Source: Octopus vulgaris
Lineage: Eukaryota
Direction: 5' to 3'
Length of the DNA: 64,000 nucleotides
NCBI GenBank assembly: GCA_951406725.2
Contig: OX597828.1
Span: forward strand, 61,442,001 to 61,506,000
Shown: one piece after another, positions 28,375 through 43,232 of the stretch
How the letters are laid out: each line of letters starts with the position of its first letter
How positions within the stretch are numbered: position 1 is the stretch's first letter
Position numbers and translations under genes: made by a program
The notes under the pieces: generated by a model
Database searches by the model: none
The model's input: the letters and a program-made list of their open reading frames with translations, nothing else
What the model was told of the DNA's origin: nothing

Positions 28375-28436
<62 letters not shown>

Positions 28437-28466
28437 GCGGGAATGAAGCAACAAGAATGGATAGGT

Positions 28467-28557
28467 TTTTAGTACAATCGTTTCATACAAGGACAGGTTT
28501 TATTAAAAGTTGCAAAAATTACAGCATATAAACGTGTCCCGTACTCATCAGCTAAAA
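28467..28557 (-). ncRNA. Type I hammerhead ribozyme, intact core
   Basis: Minus strand: ttttag-CTGATGA-gtacgggaca...tgtccttgtat-GAAAC-gatt-GTA-ctaaaa; 6-bp stem I; same family as 38233. Confidence 0.8.
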
Positions 28558-28944
28558 TACATGTGAGTTCTCTAGACATCCTAGTGGTTGAGGCTATACT
28601 CATGAAGTAATGTAGATAATTAAGTAACATAAACAGATTTCAAAAGTTCATTAAAGTTCTTTAAAGATGATGTACAGTCTTATCACAGAATTTTAAAAAA
28701 GTATTTTTCAATAATACAACCCAAACAAAGTAATCCACAAACAATCCACAAAGACAAGACACACACTAAATAGCAAATATCCAATAAAATAAACAACCAC
28801 CAACGTCCGGATACCCAATAAAAGATCAGAACTCGCATTACACACACATCACTCAATACAAATACTAATACAACAAAACACTGCAATCAGACCCCATAAC
28901 AAAGCATACTGACGCAATACAATACCGGGAAGAGTTGCACACTG

Positions 28945-29210
28945 AAAGGTAAAATCGACCTCGGCGGAATTTGAACTCAGAACGCAAGCAATTCGGTCAG
29001 GATGCTAAAGGGCACAAGGCCAGCAATTTCGGGTCAGAGGCTAAGTCAATTACATCGACCCCAGTGCTTAGCTGATACTTATTATCGACCCGGAAGAGAT
29101 GAAAGGCAAAGTCGATCTCAGCTGAATTTGAACTCAGAACGTAAAGACGAACAAAATGGCGCAAAGCATTTCGCTCGGCGTACTAATGATTCTGCCAGCT
29201 CATCATCTTA
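28945..29210 (-). mobile_element. Meta-domain-like SINE (partial plus near-full copy in tandem)
   Basis: gaaaggcaaagtcga...tttgaactcagaacgtaaagacg...gattctgccagctc; homologous to 2221-2413. Confidence 0.75.
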
Positions 29211-29219
29211 ATGATAATA

Positions 29220-29663
29220 AAAATGAAATCGACCGCTCTCAAAAGTTAAGTAAAGAAAAAACGGAAAAATAATCCGGAATCCTTGTCTGGTACCTGATCG
29301 ATCCCAATGGTAGTTATGGAATGTGAAGGTGGTGGTATAAAATTTAATAACAGTAATAAATAGTTTCTCCTTATAGTTCAAAATAGTTACAGCATAAAGG
29401 GAGATAATTGAGAAAGACTTGAAGGTTAACTTAAGATCGTAATCATGTAAAATAAAGAAAATATGACAATAATCCAGAATCTATGTCTGGTACTGGATCA
29501 ATCCCAAAATCTAATCAGTTCGTGCCAGTCACGGGGCCAAACATTCCTGAAAGTTTCATCCGAATCCATCCAGCAGTTCTTGAGATATCTTGTCCACGGA
29601 CGAACAAACAAAGAGACAAATGCGACTGGAAACAATACCTCTGCCCTCACTAAGGCGGAAGTA
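29220..29663. mobile_element. Helentron-associated non-autonomous element (HINE/DINE-1-like)
   Basis: Terminal hairpin tacctctgcc-ctcactaa-ggcggaagta next to an AAT run, (ACAA/ACGG)-like repeat, duplicated aataatcc-gaatc-tgtctggtac block. Confidence 0.5.
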
Positions 29664-29770
29664 ATAATAATAATAAACAGGGTGCTGTCCGCTCTCTCAA
29701 AATCAACCAAAGCAAACAAGACCGAGCGCTCTCACAAGTAAAAGAACAACTACAACAACAATAATAATAA

Positions 29771-30405
<635 letters not shown>

Positions 30406-30409
30406 AATC

Positions 30410-30755
30410 ATGAATTCGTGAAGAATCACCCTCATTTTAGACCATAGACAAGGATATACCACCTCACCAGACGTCAATATCGCCTGTGGTATCTTTCAAG
30501 GTGACTCATTATCACCATTACTATTCTGCCTCGCTCTGTTCTCAACATCCACGCAACTGAATAATGCTGAGAGAGGATATAAGATCTTTGGCCAGAAAAT
30601 TAATCATCTACTCTATATGGATGATCTAAAACTGTTTACTCAAAACGACAAAGAATTAGAAGAGCTCTTGAATATTTTCAAAGAATTCAGCTCTGATATA
30701 GGTATGGAATTCGGACTTGATTAATGTGCAAAGGCTACTTTCAAGGCAAGGATAT
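30410..30755 (+). pseudogene. R4/Dong-like RT fragment, first copy
   Basis: GIFQGDSLSPLLFCLAL...INHLLYMDDLKLF...IGMEFGLD*CAK. Confidence 0.85.
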
Positions 30756-31906
30756 TACCACAGCTATTCAAAACCTAGACCTGTTTCCAGAAGAGCAGAA
30801 AGGATGCCACAAAGGCTCATATGGCTGTAAAGATCAACTCGTGATTAATAAAGCCATAACTGAAGACAGCCACAGAAAGAAGAAAGGCCTCAGTATGGCC
30901 TGGATCGACTACAAAAAGGCGTTTGATAGCACCCCCCACACATGGATCCTCGAAACACTAGCCATTAACAAAGTAGCACCAACAATTATAAAATTCATAG
31001 GACACTCTATGAATAAATGGCAAACAGTACTACAGCTCCAAACAAAAGAGGGACTCATGAAAACCAAAGCCATCCCCATTAGAAGAGGAATATTCCAGGG
31101 AGATACGCTCTCACCACTCCTTTTCTGCTTGGCACTGTCACCTCTATCGGATATGCTAAACTGAACTGGATGCGGATATAAATGTTACGGCAAAACGATC
31201 AGCCACCTTTTATATATGGATGACCTAAAACTATACGCTAAAAATGACAAACAGCTGGAAACACTACTAAAGACAGTTCATGGATTTACCAAAGAAATAG
31301 ATATGAAATTTGGATTAGAGAAATGTGCCAAAGTAACCCTGAAAAGAGGAAAACTAGTTAAGAGTAGCAACATCACACTAGATAAAACCAATGAAATAAA
31401 AGAATTAGACCAAAGCCAAACTTACAAATACTTAGGAATCCATGAACTAGATAACACAACACACACAAATGAAAGAGAAAATAAAAAAAGAATATTATAG
31501 ACGAGTTAGATCAATACTGAAAACAGAGCTCAATGCTGAAAACAAGATAATAGGTATTAACACTTTAGCTGTCCCAGTTATAAGTTACAGCTACAATATC
31601 CTTAACTGGACACTAAATGAACTGACCAAAATAGATAGGAAAACAAGAAAAATAATGACAGGATCTAGGATGCATTACCCAAAATCTGACATAAAAAGGC
31701 TATATATACAACGTATAGAAGGTGGTAGAGACCTTATACAGCTGGAAAACTACTATAAAATAACTACCATAGGACTGCAAAAATATCTACCTCAGAAGGA
31801 AGGAAAACTGATACAAATAGCGGCAAAACACGAGCAAAACAAAAAACTGTTCTCAGTATTTAAGGAAGCTGACAAATACAAACAAGAAATCATACCACCT
31901 AACAAA

Positions 31907-31937
<31 letters not shown>

Positions 31938-32515
31938 AAGAAGAAGAAGAAGAAGAAGAAGAAGAAGAAGAAGAAGAAGAAGAAGAAGAAGAAGAAGAAG
32001 AAGAAGAAGAAACAACAAAAGCTATAAAACAAATGAAATCCAAACTAAAAATAGAACAGCAACGAACCATGATAAAACGATGGCAAGAAAAGCCCCTTCA
32101 TGGTAAATACTGGACTAAACTAAATGCAAAAGAAATAGACAAAGAAAAATCCCAACAATGGTTGAGAAGCTCAGGACTCAAAGTAGAGACAGAAGGATTT
32201 TTTATTGCAGCACAAGACCAAAGCCTCTCCACCAGAAATTACCAAAAACATGTAATGAAAATAAATATAACAAGTAACTGCAGAATATGTGGAGATGGAC
32301 AAGAAACAATAAATCATATTATCTCTGGTTGCCCAGTCCTGGCTAAGAAAGAATTTATTCACAGACACGACAGAGTTGGGACCTACATACACTGGAAACT
32401 ATGCCAACATTATGGAATAACAACAGAAAAAAGATGGTATAGGCACACACCAGAAAAGGTCACAGAAAACGAGAAAGCAACCATACTCTGGGATATGCCA
32501 ATACACACAGACACG
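30756..32515 (+). pseudogene. R4/Dong-like LINE ORF (RT plus CCHC zinc knuckle), truncated before the restriction-like endonuclease
   Basis: EQKGC, WIDYKKAFDS, RGIFQGDTLSPLLF, YMDDLKLY, YKYLGI, AAQDQ, CRICGDGQETINHIISGC, RHDRV, ILWDMPIHTD; several stops and frameshifts. Confidence 0.92.
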
Positions 32516-32519
32516 CACT

Positions 32520-33640
32520 GGTTTTTGACTCCAGACTTCTCAGGATTGGTACCGGAGTTGTTCTTTACGTAGCCAAGTGCTCCAATTATTCATAGAAATC
32601 AAAAATTATTGTTCGGATTGTTAATTTGACAAACATTTTGCTGACATCTGATGAGGAACGATTTTCCCTAATTTGCGTAGTTTCTTTTGCTCTGATCATT
32701 AAGTCTAGTCTGATGTACTTGTATTTTTTAAGTATTAATTTGAGTTACGTGTCGTTGTGCCCGCCAAATCACTGTAGCTTCTTTTTGTATTCTTAGTCTT
32801 ATTCTTTTTACGAATTACTTTATACAAAGTTCTAGTCATAACATGTTTCATAGGCTGGTAATACTGTGAGGATATTTTCGGGCTGTTACTTATGTTGTGA
32901 CTAACACCGTTAATGTTGATCCAATAAAGCCTGCGTCAGTTGTGTCTCGTTGCTTTATCAATATCCTTTTTTTGTATTAATATTTTATGTCTATTTTCTG
33001 ATCCTATATTGCAAAAGCATATCCTTCAAGTGAGAGCAAATATCCTGTTGTCAACCCAGGAAGGACTAGTTTAGGTGCTTATGGTACTGTTATCTTGACG
33101 CCTTCTGGGAATATAGTCATGCATGAACTTTTACTGGTTCATATGCGTTGTTGATTTACGTCAGCGTATATATGTATGCATGCATGTATGTATGTATGTA
33201 TGTATGTATGTATGTATGTATGTATGTATGTATGTATGCTGCATGCATATATGTATGTGTGTGAATAGTGATACCAAGGGAGCTGAACCGCATATATGTA
33301 CGCAACTGCGATTCTGATGGCCTCTTACGACACAGTTGTGCAATTTCTCCAGGTGTGTATCCGTGGTCACTAGTTAAGCATTGGGCAGTTAGTGTATGCT
33401 GTCAAGGTGATATGATGCAACATTCCAGAGCCGTTTGGATTGATAAGTGTCTGCCATATTATTTTCCCTTTAAGTAAAAGTTGTCTGATCACAGTTGATG
33501 TGGAATTTTCTGGTATGGGTTAACAATGTCAGATTTTGAACATCAGTAACCCGGGTCTCATCTAGCATCCAGTTGTGTATCCCTAATGCTAGTATGAGCT
33601 TTGGTACGGCAAGCTCATTGTGGGCTGATGATTTACGTCA
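32520..33640 (-). mobile_element. Possible heavily decayed Penelope-like C-terminal region
   Basis: Weak minus-strand remnants GKIIW and GFIGST (GIY-YIG-like second motif). Confidence 0.3.
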
Positions 33641-34682
33641 GCGTATATGTGCATATATGTATGCATAAATGTATGAATGTATGTATGTATGCATACATCT
33701 ATGTATGTATGCATGTATGTATATAGGGAGAATTCACAAAAAAAAAAGACGAAGACAGGTGATGTAGACAACAAACAGATGTATTAGTATAACGCTCGGG
33801 AAGTGAGAAGGCTTTAACGTTCCACAGAAAGGAACGCAGAAAGAAACAAGGAGAGAAAATAAAGAATGTGTAGTGGTTAGCAATGTATGTGTGTGAATAG
33901 GGGAGTTAAATCCCATATTCATTGTGCCAAAGAAGGCCACGTTACCGATTCTAGCAAAACGTCTCTGAATGCAGCACGGCCGAATGTTAAAGGAATCGCT
34001 AGGCTTGAACCCACTACGTACCCCCTTGGCCAAGTCTCTTTTACCGTGACCTGGAGTCAGTTCGAAATTCGTGAGTGAAACTGGATAGACATTTCATCGA
34101 ACGGCCTGTCAATATCCACCTAGTCATTATGTCACACTGATTCTACCTGTGGGTTATGTTAAGAGAGCAACTATCTGTAGAATACTAAACCATTTACATG
34201 CTAATTCAATGAGTATATATTCAAGTTGATCAAACATCTGTGTCTTTATCCTTGAAATCGTAGAAATCCATAACTTCCACGAAGCATAATACATATTTAC
34301 GGAGGATTTTTCTCATCCGAAATAGCTTTTAGCAATGATTATTTCGGCAAATTTGCCATAACTCATTAAGGTGGAAATATTTTTGTCAGTTTTACTGGTT
34401 ATTTCTAGTTGTGTCGATGAGCATCTCACTAATTCCATTAAATCCTGTTGCCTTCTGTCAATATATTTCGCTTTCTGTTTTAGCCTTTAAATCGGATAAC
34501 GAATTTAATTTCTTAACAATTATCATTCTTTCACCTTTCATCTAATAGAGACAACTTTTATTGCTTCTTAAAGGCCCACACCGCATCCGCTGCGCTACGC
34601 GTGGTCTCTGATTATTATTGGCCGATGTAATCGACTACCCACTCCCCGCCAAATTTCAGGCCTTGTGCCTATAATAGAAAGA

Positions 34683-34683
<1 letters not shown>

Positions 34684-34745
<62 letters not shown>

Positions 34746-34825
34746 TCCTTCTTTCTTTATGTTTGTTTTGTTCCTGTCCTTATTTTTGCCACTATGACAG
34801 CTACCACAATTTAAATTTATTATTA

Positions 34826-34913
<88 letters not shown>

Positions 34914-34925
34914 TACTACTACTAC

Positions 34926-34982
<57 letters not shown>

Positions 34983-34994
34983 TACTACTACTAC

Positions 34995-35055
<61 letters not shown>

Positions 35056-35070
35056 GTTATTATTACTATA
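34684..35070. repeat. (ATT)n/(ACT)n microsatellite block
   Basis: Direct inspection; begins as the tail of a SINE 3' fragment at ~34620-34685. Confidence 0.9.
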
Positions 35071-35635
35071 TATGTTGTTGTTATAGGTTTTATTTATTTC
35101 TGTTTATTATTTATGACTTCAGATTATAGGCGACAGTCTTACAATATCACTTTCAAAAGTGACAACTGAGTCTAATTTATTATAATTACTTTCGCAGTTC
35201 AAGTGTGACCCAGCTTTCTACATGACTGAATATTCGTCTGTTCATATAAACACATTATGGAAGAAGTTCAGTGAACATATGCTCCCTTACTGAATCCAGA
35301 TTTTGATGTATAGCCAGTAAGGCAAGTTGAAGGAAACCGTCATCTACCTGACACAGTTGTAATAAGCTTCAAACTAATCTTTTCAAAAACCACATTCTAC
35401 AGATTGGCTTTACAAATCAAGTTCATAATCAGCATGAATTATTAAATGAGATTTTTCTGTTAATAGGTAGACGCACTCATACGCTTAATTACACATATAC
35501 ATACACATACATACACACAAACACATATGCACACATATATTTGTCAGTGTATTCGTGTGTGAGATGCTTTTGTATACACACTCATGCATGCACACTCGTG
35601 CACACGTACACACACACACAATCACACACACACAC

Positions 35636-35806
35636 ACACATACATATAAACTTAATACACCTATATCAAGAAAGAAAGGAAGGGAGGAACGAGTAAGAGA
35701 AAATGCGATATATATATATATTTCGCATTTTCTCTCATTCGTTGTCTCCCTTCCTTTCTTTCTCGATATATCGATATAGGTGTATTAGGTTTATATGTAT
35801 GTGTGA
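35636..35806. repeat. Imperfect palindrome with (TA)n loop
   Basis: catacatataaacttaatacacctatatc...agagaaaatgcga (ta)n tcgcattttctct...gatataggtgtattaggtttatatgtatg. Confidence 0.8.
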
Positions 35807-36437
35807 GCGTGTGCATGAGTGTATATATATATAGATTTGGCTAAATTTGGCTAAATAGATAGATTTGGCTAAATTCTCTAATATACACCTAAAGTAGCGT
35901 TTCCATCAACTCACACACTCATTCACGAGCGCGCTCATGCACACCCTCACATATACAAACACTCACTCACACACATACATGTATACACATACGCGCATAT
36001 GCATGCATGCATTGGAAACGAAACCGAGACCGCCATTACTCTTCATTGCGCTCACTCCATTGTACAGAACTTTTGAATCTAAGATAGTTAGTATAACAGT
36101 TGGCAAATAATAACAAGAACAAAAGAATAAAAATGGCACTGCTTAATAATATTTTATGAACCCACTACATGATTGGAGATTATTTTAATGGACCCAGAAA
36201 TATAAAAGGCATATATTCGTGTCCATGCAATGCGAACGTGCTTTTTGTGCGCATGTGTGTAATCTGCGTTATGTGCCTTAAAATATGAAATATGAGTGTG
36301 GGCTTATGAGTTATTGAATGATATGCAACGTTGTCTAAGGATTCGAACTTCACCAGTATTCACTTATTTTTCCTTAAAACATATAAGCCCCCAAACTTTG
36401 CAATCTCTGTGTTTCCCCCTCTCCATGTATATATACA

Positions 36438-36510
<73 letters not shown>

Positions 36511-37169
36511 CAGACAAACAGGCAGACGGTCAGACGGTCAGACAGACAAACAGACAGGCAGGTAGATAGATAGATAGATAGACCGACATGTAGTTATTAA
36601 CACATAGTATACATACATGCAGTATATAGATTATACTTAATATATATACATATCTGTAGATATATAAAGATGTGTATATATGCGCATTTTAGTGGGTATT
36701 TATTTCAAAGCTCTGCTTTGTATTGAAAGCAGTTATTGAATGATTTTGTGCTCAGACCGTAACCCCCAACTTCTAAACTGAAATGTTAACCCAACCGTAA
36801 CCGATCCCTTAAACAATAATGCGTATTAATTTCTTTTCCGATATTATTGTAAAATGACTCAGAAAAATGTGCTTCAAACCAGGATTCCTAATCTCAGACA
36901 TTTCGGTGGTAAAGTAGCATAGTTGTTTACAAATTTTCAATGTTTTATTTTTCACATTTAAAAATGTGATAAAATTACATTTTATCACATTCACCTTTCA
37001 CAAAAACCTTCACTTCTTAGATAGAAAAATAGATTAATAATAAAATTCAGTTGCTTATAACTCTTTTAATTTGTTTAAATATGAACGCAAATGTTTTTCT
37101 TGTAAACTCCAGGTAATTAACCAATCAGGAATCTATCAAATGGTGAAATATTTGTAGATGGTGTTAATT

Positions 37170-37479
37170 TGTGCAGGAGTCTTCTACCCTGGCCTCGGGT
37201 TTACCAAAGACTTGTGAGTGGATATAGTTGAAAGAAACTGAGAGAAGCCATTGTGCACACACTCACAAATCCATTGGGTGTCTGTTTGTACCCCACCACC
37301 GCTTAGCAACTGGTGTTTGGTGTGCTTATATCCCCGCAACTTAGCAGTTCGGTTACAAAGCGAGATAAAAGGAGTACAGCCTTAAAAAATAAGTTCTGAA
37401 ATTGATTCGCTCGACTAAAAGAGATTCTAAAGGCAGTGCCTCTGCTTGGCAGCAGTCTAATGACTGACACCAGTAAAAA

Positions 37480-37482
<3 letters not shown>
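37170..37482 (+). mobile_element. SINE, 5'-truncated copy of the family at 1403
   Basis: gcctcgggtttaccaaagacttgtgagtgga...ccccgcaacttagcagttcgg...ctcgactaaa. Confidence 0.7.
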
Positions 37483-37565
<83 letters not shown>

Positions 37566-37587
37566 TGCACACATATGCATGCACACA

Positions 37588-37643
<56 letters not shown>

Positions 37644-37654
37644 TATAAATATAT

Positions 37655-38033
37655 ATATATAAACGGCAGTTTGTCTGTGTGCGTGTCTGTGTGTCTGTTA
37701 GGTTGTACTCTCACCCTGACCACGGCTTTCAACCGATTCTGATGAAACTTGACACACACATAGCCCAATGTCATAATTCAAAACTAACGCAGCGAAAATT
37801 TTGAAAAGTTCTCCCAGTTCTGAAAAAGATCGATAAATTCGACATGGGGTCGACAATCAGAAACACAAACCACAGATGGTCTAGGGGACGCAACTCGACC
37901 TTTTTAACTCTCAAAAAAAAAAATTACCATAATTTTTTCCCCATTTTTTTGCTATTTTTTGGCTATAACTCTCTAAAAATGCTTTATAGTTATTTCCATT
38001 ACAAACCCGAGCAACGCCGGGCGATACTGCTAG
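37655..38033 (+). mobile_element. Short non-autonomous Helitron
   Basis: (gtct)-like 5' region, 3' cccgagcaacgccgggcgatactgCTAG|t, embedded in (TA)n. Confidence 0.8.
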
Positions 38034-38092
38034 TATATATATATATATATATAAATATATATAAATATATATATACACATATATACATTTAC

Positions 38093-38201
<109 letters not shown>

Positions 38202-38232
38202 CAAAATAAGCAACAAGAATGACTCCGGTAAC

Positions 38233-38318
38233 TTGGTACGATCGTTTCGTACTACATCATTTTATTAAATGTTGTAAGTATTACAACAGATTTAAGATGC
38301 TGAGTACTCATCAGCCAA
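38233..38318 (-). ncRNA. Type I hammerhead ribozyme, intact core, palindromic stem III
   Basis: Minus strand: ttgg-CTGATGA-gtactcagcatc...gatgtagtac-GAAAC-gatc-GTA-ccaa; ACGATCGT palindrome; extra hairpin tgttgtaa/ttacaaca in loop II. Confidence 0.85.
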
Positions 38319-38670
38319 TTATAGAAGTTTTCCATTAATACAAAACTTTTCAAATCAAGTGGCAACATTATAGAGAAGGTAGATATATAGACAAGGATGT
38401 GGATTTAAATTTTAAGAACATATGAGGTAGTGGAGTCCCTCCACTGACTGACTAAGATTTGGTTGTTCCAGACTGCTGTAAGGTTGTGAGAGTGAGAAGT
38501 AAGTTGAAGGAAGCAATAAAGATTTTCTAATTGTAGAAATGGGGTAAAGGGGATTTCAGAACTCCATAAAAGGAATTCATGTTGAAGACAGCAATTGTCA
38601 GTACTAAATGCCAATTACTACTATTTGATGAGAGAACTAGGGCAATGTCAATTATTAATATTATTTTTAC

Positions 38671-38700
<30 letters not shown>

Positions 38701-38708
<8 letters not shown>

Positions 38709-38985
38709 ATCACGTGACCGACCAGACCATCAGATGTTGTTGCACATCGTTGGTCACAATGCGTTCGCATTGTTTTAGCCTTCGAATGACGCCACCCCGC
38801 TGGCTAAGCGAGCAAGCCAAGAGAAGAAAGAGTAGGAGAAAGAGAAGTGAAAGAGTACAGCAGGGATCACTACCCCCTGCCGGGTTTTCGCTCAATAAAC
38901 ACTCACAACGCCCGGTCTGGGAATCGAAACCGCGATCCTGCGACCGCGAGTCCGCTGCCCTAACCACTGGGCCATTGCGCCTCCA
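38701..38985 (-). mobile_element. tRNA-derived SINE with RTE-like 3' tail
   Basis: Reverse complement of the family at 27281; tail (cacgtgat)2; flanked by (TA)n. Confidence 0.85.
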
Positions 38986-38988
38986 CAC

Positions 38989-39023
<35 letters not shown>

Positions 39024-39104
39024 TTGGTAAAACGGTAAGATAACAAAAGAAAGAAAGAGACCTCAATATTATGTAAATAGAGGAAATTTATCTATAAAAT
39101 AATA

Positions 39105-39267
39105 TGTTACATTACTCGATAGTCAAGATAAAACTCTGAGTTTCTGATAACCGAAGTGGGAATCCACAACGTCATCTCTTCGGTTAGCCAGATAACCGAA
39201 GAGATGACGTTGTGGATTCCCACTTCGGCATCTGAAACTCAGAGTTTTATCTTGACTATCGAGTAAT

Positions 39268-39273
<6 letters not shown>
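39105..39273. repeat. ~80 bp-arm palindrome containing a variant hammerhead motif
   Basis: Arms 39105-39186 and 39193-39273; plus strand gataa-CCGAAGA-gatg...catct-GAAAC-tcaga-GTT-ttatc. Confidence 0.75.
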
Positions 39274-39323
<50 letters not shown>

Positions 39324-39389
39324 AAATAGGGAAGCCCGATTTATGGGATTACCTTAGGTTTCCAGTCCATAATAATAACTATAATTATA

Positions 39390-39458
<69 letters not shown>

Positions 39459-39728
39459 CATCATCATCATATACTCCACTTAGACTGGCATAATATAAAC
39501 AAATGAGTGAATAACGATGAGATGACGACGTCGGGGATCGAATTCGCACATGAACGCTGACACAGCTCCGTGCACATCCAAATAGCTCAGCCATCAATTT
39601 CAGTCAAATATAGTGCATAGATACTTATTGCCTAGTTTTTATATCATTGTTTAGATTATGTCGCTCTAATTGGAGTATATATATGTATGAATGTATATAT
39701 GTATGAATGTATATATAAAAGTTGCAGG

Positions 39729-40087
39729 TGGAAATAGCACAGAAGTAAGTCTAAGACATTTCAACTTAAGATGGAATTTAATAAAATTGATTTAAAAAAT
39801 TTATATGATTAAAATTTTATCTGTTTCGATAAGTTTCTCATCTTATCAAATATAAGTTGAAATTTATAAAAATTTGAAGAACAGTTTATCTTCTGTCTTA
39901 GAGTCGAGAACACGTCTGGAGACTTTTCGTTGAAGTCTTCTTTAAATATAGTTTTGTATAGAGTTCAAAGTGTTAAAGAGTGAGAGAAGTAGGTGAGAGA
40001 AGTATTGTTTAAAAGAGACATTTGTGTATTCCAGCCAAGGGAATGGCTAAAAAGCATTTATTGAATGGGTTTTATGTTCACCTGTAT

Positions 40088-40126
<39 letters not shown>

Positions 40127-43100
40127 TGTGTGTGTTTGTGTGTGTGTGCGTGTATGTGCGTGTGTATTGTGTTGAATGACCTTTCAATATGTTTGGAAAG
40201 TGACCAGCTGTGAGTTGATGGATGTGCATGTTGTGATGAATGTCTTGCAGAAGAAAGAATTAGGATTTTCCTTTGGGTAATATGTATTCTTTTAAGTGTG
40301 TATGTGTGTATTCACCGACCGACAACAAGTATCAACCACACTCAAAGTTACATTCCGTTTTTAGCACAAGGACGGAAATAGCAGGACACGCATTGGCGCC
40401 GCTACACGAGAAACCAAAGGTAATTAACCTTAAAAAAAACATTTACTGACACACAAATAGACCAAATTTCCCCCGAACTGAAAAATGATATTTCAGCCGA
40501 AAACTCAGGCTGGCCGAACACTCCACCAACAACTCTAATGATAAGGACGAATCACTAGCTAAAAGCAAAAGCAACATTTTCCCAGATAAAGGGCTTAGTA
40601 AAGCACTGGATTCTTGCTGTGAATACACTGTGAAATTCCGTTTTGAAAAAATTGAACATAGAAACGTTAAACCAAACTTTACAAAACTTGAATGGAAGAA
40701 CTTACAAGAAAATACGGATACAACAATCAAAGAAGCCGATAAAGGGTGCACTGTCATCATCACGGACACAAATTACTATAAAGACATAGCATTCACAATG
40801 CTAGAGGACTTGTTGAAAAATCAACTCACTGCAAAAAGTCAAGAATAATGGAAAACTTCACAACTCTTTTAAAGAAATATAACAAAAGCTTTATCAGCAA
40901 AACAAATGCAAATGCAAAACAAGAAACATTTATGGTTTACGTAAAATCCATAAATGCAAAAGGATAAGTGATGCCTGTAAATCCTCAGCAAACATACAGC
41001 TAACACCTCCAGTTGATCTAAAATTGAGACCAATCATAGCAGGCCCGCCATGCGAAACACACAAACTTAGCAACTTCTTGGACATCCTCCTAACGCCCTT
41101 CCTAAAACATATACGGAGCTACATACAAGATGACCTTGACATGCTAAATCATCTGCCAAAAGCGGTAAGTAAACATGCAATTTTTACTTCATTTGATGTC
41201 GTCACCCTATACACCAACATTCCCCATGAGTATGGAATAACTACAATCCAATACTGGTTATACACACACCAATGTGAACTTCCATCATGCATAGTAAAAA
41301 GACTTTATCCTTGATGGGCATATTTGAAAGCATTTTTTTTTATTTTCAACGGCGCGGATTAACGCCAAATATCAGAAATGGCGATGGGTACCAAAGTAGC
41401 CCCCACATACACCAACTTAGTCATGGGATTCTACGAACAAAAAATCTACAATCAATCTCTTTAATATTTGGTGATACGTTTCATATGCAACTCAGAAACA
41501 ATTGGAAAAGATACCTGGATGAGTGCTTTATTTTATGGCAGGAAAATATTGACAAGTTAACTGAATTCAAAAACATGCTAAACAATCTCAGCAATACTAT
41601 CCAATTCACAATGAAGTTTAACCCCAAAGAACTTACCTTTCTGGATATCCTGATCAAAAACCAAGATAGGAAAATAGAAACAGATATATTCTACAAATCC
41701 ACCGACTCCAAACAGTACCTTTTTTCACATCATGTTACTCGAAACACACCAAACTCAACATTCCCTTCAACCTGGCAAAAGGAATTTGTACCATAGTATC
41801 AGAACCATCCAAACGTGAACAGAGATTAGAGGAATTGAATGACACACTTATCCAAAGAGCCTGCCCTCCTGGCATAATCATTAATGGAATAAACAAGGCG
41901 AAACAAATGGATGTCGATGAACTTAGGAAAACAAAAGGAGAAATGTCTTACCATTCGTGTCAACTTTCAAACCCAGGAACACCGAAATATTTGATCACAT
42001 CCACAAAAACCTCTCTTCTTATTTGCAGATGAAAAAAATGAGAAACATCTCAGAAAAGCAACAAAGCATCAAAATTCATACTCACTGGAGCAAAGACGCA
42101 TAAAGAAACCCCCAACCCAACGGTCACAAAATGTGGGAGAACAAACTGCGGCACTTGCCGTTACCTAATTGAGGGGCCAGAATTTGAATTCAAAGATGGC
42201 CAAACCTTCACAGTCAAGTCAAATCTCACCCGCAACACTGAAAATCTAATCTACGTAATTACATGCAATCGTTGCCAACATAATTACATAGGTCAGACGG
42301 CGGATATTTGCGCAAAAGAGTGACGACTCATCGCCAACAGACCCGAGACAAAAGCACAAGGAAAATTCCTTTAAGCTACGTGTGAAGGAATGGTCTTACC
42401 AAATCTCAAAATATCCCATCTACAAGTGCTCAAATTCTTTAAACCAATAAATAAAGAAATGCAAAATATTAACAAGTATAAACATCCATTAAATATATAT
42501 ACAACCACAACCAATAGATAATAAAAGACACGTAAATGCAATTTAAAATTTTAAATATCATTTCCTAAATCTTTTTTCCAATATTTATAAATGCCAGCAC
42601 ACACATACATACACACACAAGCATACACACACAAGCATACACAAATTCACAAAAAAGAAAACATCGCAAACACACGTATACACACAAACACATAAACATA
42701 CGTACTCACGCATACAAAAGAAAACATATCAAAAACATACACACGCGCACACAACTCGGCGCACACACAAATACACATAAGAAAAGATTTCAAGCGAACA
42801 CACGCGCACACACAACTCTGTACATACACACAAACACACACACGAAAACACACAAAAGAAAACATCGCAAAAAACATATTTACGCACACAAATACACTCA
42901 CACATACACTCACACACACGGACACACAAACATGGACACAGCTGGTGACCACACACATACACACAAGTGGTGACACTCAAAGGAATACGTCCAACCCAAA
43001 GGAAAATTCTAATTCTTTCTTTAACATTCATCACAACATACACACCCATCAGTTCACGGCTGGTCACTTTCGAAACATATTGAAAAGACAGTCAACGCAA

Positions 43101-43154
43101 TACACATACACACTCACGCACACGCAAACACGCACGCACACACACTCACACACG

Positions 43155-43232
<78 letters not shown>

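Noticed and set aside
35199-35316. Possible exon bounded by tttcgcag and gtaagg
   Set aside because: All three frames contain stops and there is no recognisable protein motif or partner exon.
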